DNA from: Acidobacteriota bacterium
GTDB taxonomy: Bacteria > Acidobacteriota > UBA6911 > JACQSX01
Direction of reading: 5' to 3'
DNA: 52,603 nucleotides
Assembly: GCA_036507075.1 (NCBI GenBank)
Contig: DASXQR010000208.1
Span: forward strand, 1 to 52,603
Each line of letters begins with the position of its first letter. Position 1 is the first letter of the stretch. The position numbers were made by a program, and so were the translations under genes. The notes beneath the pieces are model-generated. The model had not been told where the DNA came from. It saw only the letters and a list, made by a program, of their open reading frames with translations, and made no database searches. Shown one piece after another: positions 1-10,188 of the stretch.

Positions 1-2315
1 GAAATCGTAAACAACAGATACAAGCCCCCGATTCCAAACAGCAGATTGGGGGCCCAGGCGGCCAGCAGGGGAGCCAGCAGGCCGCTGCCGCCCATGACCT
101 CGAACACACCAAAAGCTCCCCAGTAGATCATTCCGATCAGAATGCTGACTGCCAGGCCCTGCAGTGTCCCGCGACGACCCATTGAAAAAGCAAACGGAAT
201 GCCGATCATAGCCATGATGATGCTGACCACCGGGAAGGAGATTTTCTTGTAGAGCTCTACCCGCAGCTCTTCCACATCGAAACCGGCCTGCTGCAGCTCC
301 CGGATGTGGTTCTTCAGTTCCAGATAGGTCATTTTGGCCGACTCCTTCACTTCTTTGGCAAAGTAGGATGGTCCCTCGGGAAGCTGCAGGAACTGCTGCT
401 CGAACTGTACCAGCCCTCGAGCAGGGTCGTTGAAGTTTCTGACAAATCCGTTGTAAAAAACCCATCCCTTCCTTTGCGTGTCCCAGGCGGCGCGGTCGGC
501 ATACGTGCGGCGGTAGTACTTGTTCTCCGAAATATCAAGTTCGTAGAGAGAGATTTGCGCGAATTCACGGCGCGATGCATCGTAATGCACGTAGTTATAA
601 AGACGGTTCTTCTGCCCGAAGATCCACTGTCGCTCCGGATGATAAAAGGTTTGAACCGGCTGGCCCTTGATAATGTGCCGCAGATTGTCCTGCTTCTGAT
701 TGGCGAAAGGCAAAACGTAGTCCTGCAGCACGAACAGAAATGAGCTGAGCATGGCGGCGCTCAGCAGCATCGGCACGGCAAGGCGGTAAACGCTGATCCC
801 GGACGCCTTCAGGGCGGTGATCTGATTGGTGCGGTCCATCAGGCCGAAGCTGACCAGGCTGCCGATCAGTACCGACATCGGAACCACCAGGGTCAGAATG
901 TGCGGCAGCAGGTACCAGAAATAGTCGAGCACAATCGCCGGCCCCGGCTGGGTTCGGACAATGTCCGACATCAGTTCGATCAACGTAAAGAGCACAAACA
1001 GTCCCACACAGATCATCAGCGTGATGGAAAAATACCTGAAGAATTCACGAATCAGGAACATATCGACAATCTTCAGGAAACTCAACCGCAGTCGCAAGAT
1101 GGCGCCGTTTCGCGGCTCAGAACGGCGCGCGTTTCGGCTTTGCAGCATCCGGGCCAGGCGGCCCGGGAATTCCGCGATCTTCAGCACCACCGGGTTGTCC
1201 ATAATGGACTTGATGAGGCGCGATTCCCGTTCCACGCGGCGGATCGCCCAGATTGCTGCGCAATAAATCAGAATATTACTTCCCCACACCCCGATCCAGA
1301 CCGGAACGCTTCCGTTTTTAGCCAGATCGGCCAGAGAAACAAAAATAATGAAATAACTGAATGCGATCAGGATGCCGATGATGAAGCCGTAAGCCCTGCC
1401 ACCCCGCCTGGTATTGATACCAAGCGCGACTCCCAGCATCGCAAAAGCGAACGTTGCCAGCGGAAGAGCCATGCGGCGGTGCAATTCCACCATGCTCCGC
1501 AGGCGTTCCTTTTCGTTCCTGCCCGGATCCCTGATCAGGCTCAAGGTGGTTCTTTCGTCGGCCTTCAGAGGCCGAATGTGGGCAGAAGCCGATTCAGTCA
1601 GGCGCACGGACACTTCCAGGGTCCCAAACCTGGAAAGATTGTCCTTGCGCAGGTCCTGGTTTTCCGTCTTGTAAATTGTGCCGTCCTCGAAATGCAGTTG
1701 AAAGGAACCGGTTTCCGGCTGGTGCACAATCTTGCCGTGTTTGGCCAGAATGATCCTCTGCTCGTTGGGTGCGGTGTTGTCCACCACAAAGACACCGTTC
1801 CATACCCCCTGCTGGTACTGAATGTCTTCCACATATAGCACCATGTTGGAGATATCTTCGTTAAAGACACGCGGTTTGATTTCGCTGATCACGGGGCGGA
1901 TCCCGATCTGCTCGCGCAGCTCCAGCAGGCGGCGATTGCCCGTCGGCAGCAGTGAGAGTGTCATTGCCGCCGCCGCAATGAATACCAGAAAACCCGTTTT
2001 CAAAACAGGATGGAGCAACCGCAGGGTGCTCACCCCGCAGGATCGCATGGCGATTATCTCGCTATCGGAGGAAAGCCGGCTGAAGGCGATCAAGGTCGCG
2101 ATCAGGAATGCCAGCGGGACGGTAAAAATCAGAATGCTCGGCAGGAGAGCAAGGCAAAGCTGAAGAATCATCCTTGGATCTGCGCTTTTGCGTATCAACA
2201 TCTCGGCAAAGCGGTTACCCATCTGATGCGTAAAGACGAGGAAGGTGAGGACCGAAAGCGAGATGAAAAGCGGGCCGGTCAGTTCCTTGTAAACACAACG
2301 ATCGATAGCGCGCAC
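1..2315 (-). CDS. lptF-lptG: Fused LPS export permease LptF-LptG (3' end runs off the window)
   Basis: Not in the ORF track because no stop lies in the window. Manual translation from GTG 2315 gives MRAIDRCVYKELTGPLFISLSVLTF...RLSSDSEIIAMRSCG (LptF-like), followed by a second module IVDMFLIREFFRYF...MDRTNQITALKASGISVYRLAVP (LptG-like). Confidence 0.85.
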   Translation of the reverse strand, partial: MRAIDRCVYKELTGPLFISLSVLTFLVFTHQMGNRFAEMLIRKSADPRMILQLCLALLPSILIFTVPLAFLIATLIAFSRLSSDSEIIAMRSCGVSTLRLLHPVLKTGFLVFIAAAAMTLSLLPTGNRRLLELREQIGIRPVISEIKPRVFNEDISNMVLYVEDIQYQQGVWNGVFVVDNTAPNEQRIILAKHGKIVHQPETGSFQLHFEDGTIYKTENQDLRKDNLSRFGTLEVSVRLTESASAHIRPLKADERTTLSLIRDPGRNEKERLRSMVELHRRMALPLATFAFAMLGVALGINTRRGGRAYGFIIGILIAFSYFIIFVSLADLAKNGSVPVWIGVWGSNILIYCAAIWAIRRVERESRLIKSIMDNPVVLKIAEFPGRLARMLQSRNARRSEPRNGAILRLRLSFLKIVDMFLIREFFRYFSITLMICVGLFVLFTLIELMSDIVRTQPGPAIVLDYFWYLLPHILTLVVPMSVLIGSLVSFGLMDRTNQITALKASGISVYRLAVPMLLSAAMLSSFLFVLQDYVLPFANQKQDNLRHIIKGQPVQTFYHPERQWIFGQKNRLYNYVHYDASRREFAQISLYELDISENKYYRRTYADRAAWDTQRKGWVFYNGFVRNFNDPARGLVQFEQQFLQLPEGPSYFAKEVKESAKMTYLELKNHIRELQQAGFDVEELRVELYKKISFPVVSIIMAMIGIPFAFSMGRRGTLQGLAVSILIGMIYWGAFGVFEVMGGSGLLAPLLAAWAPNLLFGIGGLYLLFTI

Positions 2316-2338
2316 AGGCTCTCAGAAGAGAAAAGACT

Positions 2339-2495
2339 GAACCGCCAAGAGCGCCAAGAACGCAAAGAGCGTAAAGATCGCCCTGGCGACTCCTCGGTCT
2401 ATGGGTGCTCTCACGGATACTTTGAAATCATATGCAGGACGCAGGTTGAGAAGAGCCATTTCAGGTCTTGGCGCTCTTGGCGTTCTTGGCGGTTC
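2339..2495. repeat. Inverted 9-mer-array element (GAACCGCCAAGA[GCGCCAAGA]n ... reverse complement)
   Basis: Left arm 2339-2376 and right arm 2466-2495 are complementary and flank a ~90-bp unique spacer. Confidence 0.85.
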
Positions 2496-2503
2496 CGTTT
2501 TTA

Positions 2504-3055
2504 TCAGTGGCCGGCGGTTTTCTTTTGGCCTTCCGCTTCCACATCGAGTGCCTGTGCCAGGCGCGTGACCATGTTGTAAAAGCCGGCAATCGTGGTCAGT
2601 TCGATTATCTGCTGCTGCGTCAGGTGATTCTTTAACTGCTTGAACAGCTCTTCGTCAATGGAAGCGGGATTGCGGGTCACGCCCTCCACCCAGGAAAGCG
2701 CTTCCTTTTCAACGAACGTGAAAAGCTCGCTCTTTTCGTGGTCCTCCAGAGCGGCGATCATTTCATCGCTCACTCCTGCTTTTTTAGCCAGCGGGAGATG
2801 GCTGTTCCGGCAGTAATCGCACTCGTTCAGCTTTGCGACCTTAAGAATAACCAGCTCGCGCGTTTTGTCATCCAGCGAATTGTCGCCCATTACGGCCCTG
2901 AACATGCTGTAGTAACCATCCAGAATGGCCGAACTGGGGGCCAGTGTCTTCGCCAGATTATCCGGTGGACCGCCAAACGTATCTTCATAATCGGAATAAA
3001 CTTGGCGCACGCGTTCCCCTGCTGCGTCAGGCTGCACTGGCAAAAATTTTGGCAT
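2504..3055 (-). CDS. Carboxymuconolactone decarboxylase / AhpD-like peroxidase family protein
   Basis: LDDKTRELVIL..AKLNECDYC..H motif (CxxC). Start placed at MPKFL, with an AGGAAGG RBS upstream. Confidence 0.8.
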   Translation of the reverse strand: MPKFLPVQPDAAGERVRQVYSDYEDTFGGPPDNLAKTLAPSSAILDGYYSMFRAVMGDNSLDDKTRELVILKVAKLNECDYCRNSHLPLAKKAGVSDEMIAALEDHEKSELFTFVEKEALSWVEGVTRNPASIDEELFKQLKNHLTQQQIIELTTIAGFYNMVTRLAQALDVEAEGQKKTAGH

Positions 3056-3147
3056 TGTCGCCGTCCTTCCTTCCTCTGGATTGCAAAACCCGTCTTTATA
3101 CAACGTTGGCGCTGTTTTTTCAGCAAAATTCAGGAAACATGAGGGAC

Positions 3148-3323
3148 TTCACCACAGGTTACACAGCGCGGCAGAGCCGAAACCAAACGCGTCATCGTTT
3201 TGCACGCGAAGCACGGAGCCACGTCCCGCAAGGGCGTGGCGGGGGCAGTGTAAGTCAGCTCGTGTGCCGACTGAGATGGTCTCCGCCACGCCCTTGCGGG
3301 ACGTGGCTCCGTGCTTTGCGTGC
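3148..3323. repeat. Composite palindromic element: CACCACAG arm + GCGGC-n-GCCG hairpin/AACCAAA + 41-bp-arm inverted repeat
   Basis: 3202-3242 pairs with 3283-3323 with one mismatch. 3148-3195 resembles 14363-14410 on the reverse strand. Confidence 0.85.
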
Positions 3324-3426
3324 CATAACCACGGACAACGGACAATACTTTGTTTTCCGGTTGATTCGTGGCATTCTGTACTTTTTCAGGTTTAGAAAAA
3401 TTATTCAACGGAGATAAACTTCTTAA

Positions 3427-6153
3427 ATGAAGGACGCCGTAAAGAACGAACAGGAAGTAAAAAGGGCAGAAGAGTCAGCCTCTGGCAGGGAACAGCAGTC
3501 CGCTGAGCTGGAACGCGCCGAGTTGCGCGAATGGCTTGATTCGCTCGATTATGTGCTCAAAAGCGGCGGGCCGGAACGAGTGCAGAGGCTTCTGCAGGAT
3601 CTCGAAACGCGGGCTTTCCAGGCCGGGGTTCGACTGCCGTTTTCCGCAAATACTCCCTACATCAATACGATTCCGCCCGATCAGCAGGCTTCGTTTCCGG
3701 GAAATCGCGAGATCGAACGCCGCATTCGCAGCCTGGTCCGATGGAATGCCATGGCCATGGTAGTGCGCGCCAACCGCGATGAGCCGGGCATTGGGGGTCA
3801 TATTTCAACCTACGCCTCGGCTGCCACGCTTTACGAAGTCGCCTTCAATCACTTTTTCCGTGCCCGGGGAGAGGATCATATCGGTGATCAGATTTACTTT
3901 CAGGGACATGCCACGCCCGGGATTTACGCCCGCGCTTTTCTGGAAGCACGGATTTCCGTTGAACAGCTCGAGAATTTCCGCCGAGAGCTCAGGAGCGGGG
4001 GAGGGCTTTCGTCTTATCCGCACCCGTGGTTGATGCCTGATTTTTGGGAATTTCCCACCGTGTCGATGGGGCTTGCCCCTATCATGGCGATCTATCAGGC
4101 GCGCTTTAACCGTTATCTGGAAGACCGTGGATTGAAGAAAAGCGAAGGAGCCAAGGTGTGGGCTTTTTTGGGAGACGGCGAAACGGATGAGCCGGAATCT
4201 CTGGGAGCCATCACGCTGGCATCGCGCGAGCGTCTGGATAACCTGGTTTTTGTGATCAACTGTAATCTGCAGCGCCTCGACGGGCCGGTCAGAGGGAACG
4301 GCAAGATCATCCAGGAGCTGGAAGCAATCTTCCGGGGCGCCGGATGGAACGTCATCAAAGTCATCTGGGGCGGCGAATGGGATCCGCTGCTGGAGAATGA
4401 TAAAGAGGGGATACTGGTCAAGCGCATGAACGAGGTGGTCGACGGCCAGTACCAGAAGTATTCGGTGGAGTCGGGGAAATACTTTCGAGAACACTTCTTT
4501 GGCGTCGATCCGCGCCTGCTGCAAATGGTCGAACCGTTCACCGACGAACAACTGCGCAAAGCGCGCCGCGGCGGCCACGATCCCCAAAAAGTTTATGCCG
4601 CCTACAAGGCCGCAGTGGATCATACCGGCTCGCCCAGTGTAATACTGGCAAAGACCATCAAAGGCTACGGATTGGGCGAGGCCGGCGAAGGCCGCAACAT
4701 TACCCATCAGCAGAAAAAACTCAATGAAGATGAGTTGCGGGAGTTCCGGACCCGATTCGCAATTCCCATCTCGGACCAGGAAGTCGCCGAAGCGCCATTC
4801 TACAGACCCCCCGATGACAGCCCTGAAATGAAATACCTGCATGAGTGCAGGCTCAAGCTGGGCGGCTATGTACCCGAGCGAAGAGTCAACTGCCCGCCGT
4901 TGACTGCGCCGCCAGAGTCGCTATTTGAGGAGTTCTACAAAGGAACACAGGGAAGAGAAGCTTCCACTACCATGGTGTTCGTGCGGATTCTTTCCAAACT
5001 GCTTCGCGACAAGGACATTGGCCGGCTGGTGGTGCCGATCGTGCCCGACGAGGCGCGCACGTTTGGAATGGAAGCATTGTTTCGCCAATGCGGCATTTAC
5101 TCTCACGTGGGCCAGCTCTACGAGCCGGTCGATTCGGACAGCCTGATTTATTACAAAGAGGCCAAGGACGGGCAGATTCTGGAAGAGGGAATCACCGAAG
5201 CCGGCTCCATGTCTTCTTTCATCGCCGCCGGCACTGCGTACGCAACGCACGGCGTAAATACGATTCCGTTCTTCATCTTTTACTCGATGTTTGGCTTCCA
5301 GCGAATTGGAGATCTCATCTGGGCGGCGGGTGATATGCGCTGCCGCGGATTCCTGCTGGGCGGCACGGCCGGTCGTACCACTCTGGCCGGCGAAGGCCTG
5401 CAGCATCAGGACGGCAACAGCCACCTGCTGGCTTATCCGCTCCCCAATCTGCTGGCCTACGACCCTGCCTTTGCCTACGAGCTGGCGGTGATCATTCGCG
5501 AAGGCATTCGCCGCATGTATGAGCAGCAGGAAAGCATTTTCTACTATCTCACGGTAGCCAATGAGAATTACGCAATGCCATCCATGCCCGAAGGTGCCGC
5601 CGAGGGTATCCTGGCCGGAATGTATCGCTTCAAATCAGCCGAGCTAAAGGGCGCCGGATTGCAGGCGCAGCTCTTTGGCAGCGGGGCGATTTTGAACGAA
5701 GTGATCAAGGCCCAGGAAATGCTGGCGGAAAAGTACGGTATTGCCGCCGACGTCTGGAGCGTTACCAGCTACAAGGAGCTGCACCGGGATGCGCTCGAAG
5801 CGGAGCGCTGGAACATGCTGAATCCGGATCAGCCCCGGAAGGTTCCCTACGTTACGCGCTGCCTGGCTGAGGCCCCAGGGGTGTTTGTGGCAGCTTCCGA
5901 CTATGTGAAGGCTTTGCCCGACTCCATTGCTCGCTGGATCCCCAGATCCCTGGTTTCGCTGGGAACCGACGGATTCGGTCGCAGTGAAAGCCGCGCCGCC
6001 CTGCGCAATTTCTTCGAGGTCGATGCCAGGTTTGTCACGCTGGCAACACTCACCGCCCTGGCGCGCGAGGGCAAAATTGATTTTGCGCTGGTAAAGCGGG
6101 CAATTCGCGACTTGAACATCGACCCGGAGAAGCTGGATCCGATGATTTCATGA
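3427..6153 (+). CDS. aceE: Pyruvate dehydrogenase E1, homodimeric type
   Basis: GGHISTYAS, YPHPWLMPDFWEFPTVSMGL, TPP motif GDGETDEPE...NCNLQRLDG, GEGLQHQDG; 908 aa. Confidence 0.97.
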   Translation: MKDAVKNEQEVKRAEESASGREQQSAELERAELREWLDSLDYVLKSGGPERVQRLLQDLETRAFQAGVRLPFSANTPYINTIPPDQQASFPGNREIERRIRSLVRWNAMAMVVRANRDEPGIGGHISTYASAATLYEVAFNHFFRARGEDHIGDQIYFQGHATPGIYARAFLEARISVEQLENFRRELRSGGGLSSYPHPWLMPDFWEFPTVSMGLAPIMAIYQARFNRYLEDRGLKKSEGAKVWAFLGDGETDEPESLGAITLASRERLDNLVFVINCNLQRLDGPVRGNGKIIQELEAIFRGAGWNVIKVIWGGEWDPLLENDKEGILVKRMNEVVDGQYQKYSVESGKYFREHFFGVDPRLLQMVEPFTDEQLRKARRGGHDPQKVYAAYKAAVDHTGSPSVILAKTIKGYGLGEAGEGRNITHQQKKLNEDELREFRTRFAIPISDQEVAEAPFYRPPDDSPEMKYLHECRLKLGGYVPERRVNCPPLTAPPESLFEEFYKGTQGREASTTMVFVRILSKLLRDKDIGRLVVPIVPDEARTFGMEALFRQCGIYSHVGQLYEPVDSDSLIYYKEAKDGQILEEGITEAGSMSSFIAAGTAYATHGVNTIPFFIFYSMFGFQRIGDLIWAAGDMRCRGFLLGGTAGRTTLAGEGLQHQDGNSHLLAYPLPNLLAYDPAFAYELAVIIREGIRRMYEQQESIFYYLTVANENYAMPSMPEGAAEGILAGMYRFKSAELKGAGLQAQLFGSGAILNEVIKAQEMLAEKYGIAADVWSVTSYKELHRDALEAERWNMLNPDQPRKVPYVTRCLAEAPGVFVAASDYVKALPDSIARWIPRSLVSLGTDGFGRSESRAALRNFFEVDARFVTLATLTALAREGKIDFALVKRAIRDLNIDPEKLDPMIS

Positions 6154-6191
6154 TGTTGAAACCTGGCTGAACTTTCATACTGCAATCGAAT

Positions 6192-7619
6192 ATGTCCAAG
6201 GAATTAACCCTCCCTGAGCTGGGCGAAAATGTCGAATCAGGCGATGTAATCAAGGTTCTGGTTGCGGCCGGCGACGTGATTGAAAAGGAACAGCCGGTTC
6301 TGGAACTGGAAACAGACAAAGCCACGATTGAAGTTCCAGCCGCTTTTGGTGGCAAGATCAAAGAAATTCATGTCAAGGAAGGCGAGAAGATAAAAGTCGG
6401 GCAAAAAATACTGACTGTCGATGACGCGCCGGCTTCAGAGCAGCCAAAGCAGGAACGCAAACAAGAGCCCAGGCAGGCGGCCACGCCTTCCGGCCGGGAA
6501 CCGACTCAAGCAGAAAAACCGGCCAAGACTCCGGCAGGACAGGAGACTCCTGCGGCTGTGCGCGGGCAACAGGAAACGGCTGATTCTCCCCAGGCAGACA
6601 AGGGCCGGATTGAGTCACCAAAGCCTGCGGTCTCAAAGAGCGCCGCCGCTTCGGAGACACGGGAAGCAAAGGTCGAGCAGAGAGGCGCATCGGTGGTTGA
6701 CTTTCTTCCCGCCGTGACAAGCCCAGTGCCGGCTTCTCCCAAGGTTCGACGTCTGGCGCGCGAGATCGGCGTGGATATCGCCCAAGTCCAGGGAACGGCT
6801 GAGGGTGGCCGCATTTCGATCGAAGACGTCAAGGAACACGCCCGTCGCTCCCAGAGACGGGAGGGCGCAGCCGGCGCCGGCCCGGCGACGATCCAACTGC
6901 CGGATTTTTCACGATGGGGAGAAGTTGAGCGACAGCCCATGAGCAACATTCGTCGCAAAACCGCAGAACATGTGAGCCTGTCGTGGAACGCGATTCCGCA
7001 CGTGACTCAGTTTGACAAAGCGGATGTTTCCGAGTTGGAAAAGCTGAAGGAGCGGTTCGCGCAAAAAGTGGAAGCTGCCGGCGGCAAGCTTACCATGACG
7101 GCAATCGCGCTTAAGGTCGTAGCGGCGGCGTTGAAGGCCTTTCCTCAGTTCAATGCCAGCCTGGATGACGCCGCCGCGCAGATTATTTACAAAAAGTACA
7201 TTCACGTGGGAGTCGCCGTCGACACAGATCGGGGCCTGCTTGTGCCCGTCATTCGCGACGTCGATAAGAAGAACCTGATCACTTTGTCTGCCGAACTTAC
7301 CCAGATCGCCGAGCGCGCGCGCAACAAGAAATTGGGCCTGGATGAAATGCAGGGCGGCACTTTTACCATTACCAATCTGGGCGGGATCGGCGGGACCAAT
7401 TTCACCCCGATCGTGAACCACCCGGAAGTGGCAATCCTGGGCATTGCCCGTGGAGCAGTCGAGCCGGTTTATGTCAACGGCAACTTCGAGCCTCGCACGC
7501 TGCTGCCGCTGGCGCTTTCTTACGATCATCGAGTAATAGACGGAGCGGATGCTGCCAGATTTCTGCGCTGGATCGCGGGCGCAATGGAGCAGCCTTTCCG
7601 TATTCTGCTGGAAGGGTAA
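6192..7619 (+). CDS. aceF: Dihydrolipoamide acetyltransferase E2 (one lipoyl domain)
   Basis: Lipoyl motif ETDKAT, E3-binding ASPKVRRLARE, catalytic DHRVIDG; directly follows aceE. Confidence 0.95.
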   Translation: MSKELTLPELGENVESGDVIKVLVAAGDVIEKEQPVLELETDKATIEVPAAFGGKIKEIHVKEGEKIKVGQKILTVDDAPASEQPKQERKQEPRQAATPSGREPTQAEKPAKTPAGQETPAAVRGQQETADSPQADKGRIESPKPAVSKSAAASETREAKVEQRGASVVDFLPAVTSPVPASPKVRRLAREIGVDIAQVQGTAEGGRISIEDVKEHARRSQRREGAAGAGPATIQLPDFSRWGEVERQPMSNIRRKTAEHVSLSWNAIPHVTQFDKADVSELEKLKERFAQKVEAAGGKLTMTAIALKVVAAALKAFPQFNASLDDAAAQIIYKKYIHVGVAVDTDRGLLVPVIRDVDKKNLITLSAELTQIAERARNKKLGLDEMQGGTFTITNLGGIGGTNFTPIVNHPEVAILGIARGAVEPVYVNGNFEPRTLLPLALSYDHRVIDGADAARFLRWIAGAMEQPFRILLEG

Positions 7620-7626
7620 AAAACGG

Positions 7627-7769
7627 GAACCGCCAAGAACGCAAAACCGAGCCGCCAAGAACGCTAAGACCGCAAAGTATCTAAAGCAAGGAAAGCGTGA
7701 ACGACTCGCCTGCTTCTATCGAATGAACGATATCGAGGTCTTCGCGCTCTTTGCGTTCTTGGCGGTTCC
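7627..7769. repeat. Inverted 9-mer-array element between convergent genes
   Basis: GAACCGCCAAGAACGC... left arm and ...TTTGCGTTCTTGGCGGTTC right arm; same family as 2339-2495. Confidence 0.85.
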
Positions 7770-7777
7770 GTTTTGCG

Positions 7778-8560
7778 TTAGCTTTTCTTTGCCCGCTTGC
7801 CGATTTCCTTGGCCAGGTTTTCAATTTCCTTGGAAACCGCGCGGTAAGATCGGGAGCTCAACTCGCTCACGCGCACAACCTTCGGATTCTCTCTCACCAT
7901 CCGATCAAGGTCCGCGTGCAGCGCCAGAGCCGAACTCACCAACTGCTCGGCCAGCGACTTAAGATCCTGATTTGAAGCAATGCGGGTCTCATCATCGGAC
8001 TGCCTCAGGTCGATGTAGGACAACATCGGATCCTTTCGAATGTCCTTTATCAGGCGCGATATGTAGGTCACTTTTTCCTGTACGCTGGCTCGAACTGAGG
8101 AATCCTGGTCCATACGATTGACAAGGTCACGCAGCTCGACGGCAGTCGCCAGCAGAGAGCCGGCGTTGAGCAAAGGCTCATGCAGGCCAATCTGCACTGC
8201 CTGATCGGTCAACAAAGGTTCGCGCCGCTGATAACGTCCCGCCCAGTCCAGATCCCAATATCCGCGCATGCGCAGAAACGTCATGAACTCCTGCCAGCGG
8301 TAGTAGTCGCCGTAGTAGCCGTTGTACGGATTGTAGTTGCTGGACCCACCGTAATTGTTGTTTGAATTGTTGTTGCTGCCAGTCGACGGAGCGGGAGCTG
8401 CCGGCGTGTTGATCGTAGCCACACGGCTTTCACCCATATCGCGGCTGCCGCGGGCGTCGCTGCTCTCTGCTCGCGGGCTGGACTCACGACGGTCTTGCGC
8501 CAGGACTGTCCAGCCGCTCAAAATAATTATTAATGCAAATCTGATAAACTTCATTCTCAA
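7778..8560 (-). CDS. Hypothetical exported protein
   Basis: Signal-peptide-like N-terminus (MKFIRFALIIILSGWTVLA), N/Y/G-rich low-complexity linker, predicted helical C-terminus. Confidence 0.7.
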   Translation of the reverse strand: MRMKFIRFALIIILSGWTVLAQDRRESSPRAESSDARGSRDMGESRVATINTPAAPAPSTGSNNNSNNNYGGSSNYNPYNGYYGDYYRWQEFMTFLRMRGYWDLDWAGRYQRREPLLTDQAVQIGLHEPLLNAGSLLATAVELRDLVNRMDQDSSVRASVQEKVTYISRLIKDIRKDPMLSYIDLRQSDDETRIASNQDLKSLAEQLVSSALALHADLDRMVRENPKVVRVSELSSRSYRAVSKEIENLAKEIGKRAKKS

Positions 8561-8718
8561 ATGCCTCCGGTAACAGCTATGTTACCCTAAAGGTGCCTGT
8601 CTTATCCACCTTAATCAGATGGGTTTAAGCGCTTTTGGGTTCACAATATATCGTGGCCCATCCAAAGCCTTGCAGGCGGGCAGGAACTTACCATCAATCA
8701 CATGAAACAAAGAGGTTT

Positions 8719-9480
8719 ATGAAAGACTCTAAACCCTCCTCGCCCCGGCCCGGAAATCCGCCGGCAGGCCGGGAATTAAGCAAGATCATCGACAAGCTCA
8801 TTTACACGCTTTGGAGCACCATCAGCGACGTGGAAGCAATGCATCCGGCGCACTCCCGTTTTTATCGGGTAACCGTCTTTGGCAGTGCCCGCATATCAAA
8901 CGGTGATGTGCTGTATAGCGAAGTGCGCAAGCTGGCCTGCCTGCTGGCACGCATGGGTTGCGACATCGTCACAGGCGGCGGACCTGGTTTGATGGAGGCG
9001 GCCAACGAAGGATCCAAGGAGTGCAGTCTTGACGGAAAGACGCGCTCCTTCGGACTGACCATAGACCTTCCAATGGAGCAATCGCCCAATCCTTATGTCG
9101 ACAAGGTTACCGCTCACCGGACTTTTTTTTCACGGCTTCACCACTTCGTTCGGCTTTCCAATGCCTACGTCGTATTTCCCGGGGGAATCGGCACGGCCCT
9201 CGAGTCGTTTATGATCTGGCAGTTGCTGCAAGTTAAACAGATCTCGAATCGCCCCCTGGTTTTTGTTGGCCAGATGTGGAACGGGCTGATCGAGTGGATG
9301 AAATCGACCATGCTGCAACAGCGGTTGGTAGACAGAGAGGATTTCCAGCTTGTTCAGGTCGTCACCAATATTGAGGACGCGGCCGAGATCATACGGAAGT
9401 CCAAGGAACAGTTTGATCGGGCGTTCGGCCGCAGAACCGTCGCACCACCAGCCCAAAAACAGGACAGAATCAAGGGATAA
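8719..9480 (+). CDS. LOG-family (TIGR00730-like) nucleotide phosphoribohydrolase
   Basis: VTVFGSAR, TGGGPGLMEAANEG and PGGIGTALE motifs. Start placed at ATG 8719 after AGAGG. Confidence 0.88.
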   Translation: MKDSKPSSPRPGNPPAGRELSKIIDKLIYTLWSTISDVEAMHPAHSRFYRVTVFGSARISNGDVLYSEVRKLACLLARMGCDIVTGGGPGLMEAANEGSKECSLDGKTRSFGLTIDLPMEQSPNPYVDKVTAHRTFFSRLHHFVRLSNAYVVFPGGIGTALESFMIWQLLQVKQISNRPLVFVGQMWNGLIEWMKSTMLQQRLVDREDFQLVQVVTNIEDAAEIIRKSKEQFDRAFGRRTVAPPAQKQDRIKG

Positions 9481-9487
9481 TAGAAGT

Positions 9488-9817
9488 CTATTCTTTAGCT
9501 TCTTTGCAGGCCACGCAGAGGCGAGTCCAGGGCACTGCCTTCAGCCGGGCCGCCGGAATCTCTTCGCCGCACATCTCACAAATGCCATAGGTTTGGCGCT
9601 CGATGCGGTGGATCGCGTCATCGATGGCCCGCAGCAGTTTACCGTCGGTCTGGCGGAGTCGCAGTCCTACGTATGCGTCGTGATTTTCATTGGACTGGTC
9701 ACCGAAATCTCCGGCGCTGAAATGACCCGCGCCCAGAGGAGCGTTTTCCTGGCGGAGTATCTCTGCCTTCTTCTCCAAGAGTGCTTCCCGGTAGTGCTGC
9801 AGTTCGGAACCGTGCAT
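9488..9817 (-). CDS. DksA/TraR family C4 zinc-finger protein
   Basis: YGICEMCGEEIPAARLKAVPWTRLCVAC; acidic DFGD coiled-coil tip. Confidence 0.92.
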   Translation of the reverse strand: MHGSELQHYREALLEKKAEILRQENAPLGAGHFSAGDFGDQSNENHDAYVGLRLRQTDGKLLRAIDDAIHRIERQTYGICEMCGEEIPAARLKAVPWTRLCVACKEAKE

Positions 9818-9893
9818 GTTAAACCTTTCGTCGGAACTGAAAAAACTCGACTATACCAGATCGGGACAGGCGCGTTCAACAGAGATGGGGGAT

Positions 9894-9970
9894 TTCACCA
9901 CAAAGGAGCCAGATGAGCGGACTCTGCCGTTCGGTCGTCTTCCTTCGTGTTCTTTGTGCCTTTGTGGTGA
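9894..9970. repeat. Inverted 8/9-mer-array element (TCACCACAAAGG ... CCTTTGTGGTGA)
   Basis: Terminal 12-bp inverted repeat with extra CTTCGTG/CTTTGTG units on the right arm. Confidence 0.75.
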
Positions 9971-10188
9971 CATCCCCCGTCGCAATAGATCGGGCTACTA
10001 GGGTTGATTTTTCGTGGAGCGGCGCTACAGTCAAATCAGGGGATTTCTAAACAGCAAGAGAGTCACGTCAGTGTGCAGTTGAAGGCGCCCTGGACGAATT
10101 TGTACCCAAAGTTGAACCGAGAAATCGCCAGGGAGAATAAGCGGAAACTCATCCCCTTCGAGTTTGATGGACTATTGAAGGAAAAATT

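Noticed and set aside
306..2579. Plus-strand ORFs of 86-312 aa
   Set aside because: They are antisense shadows of the lptF-lptG gene; the same applies to most long overlapping ORFs in this GC-rich track.
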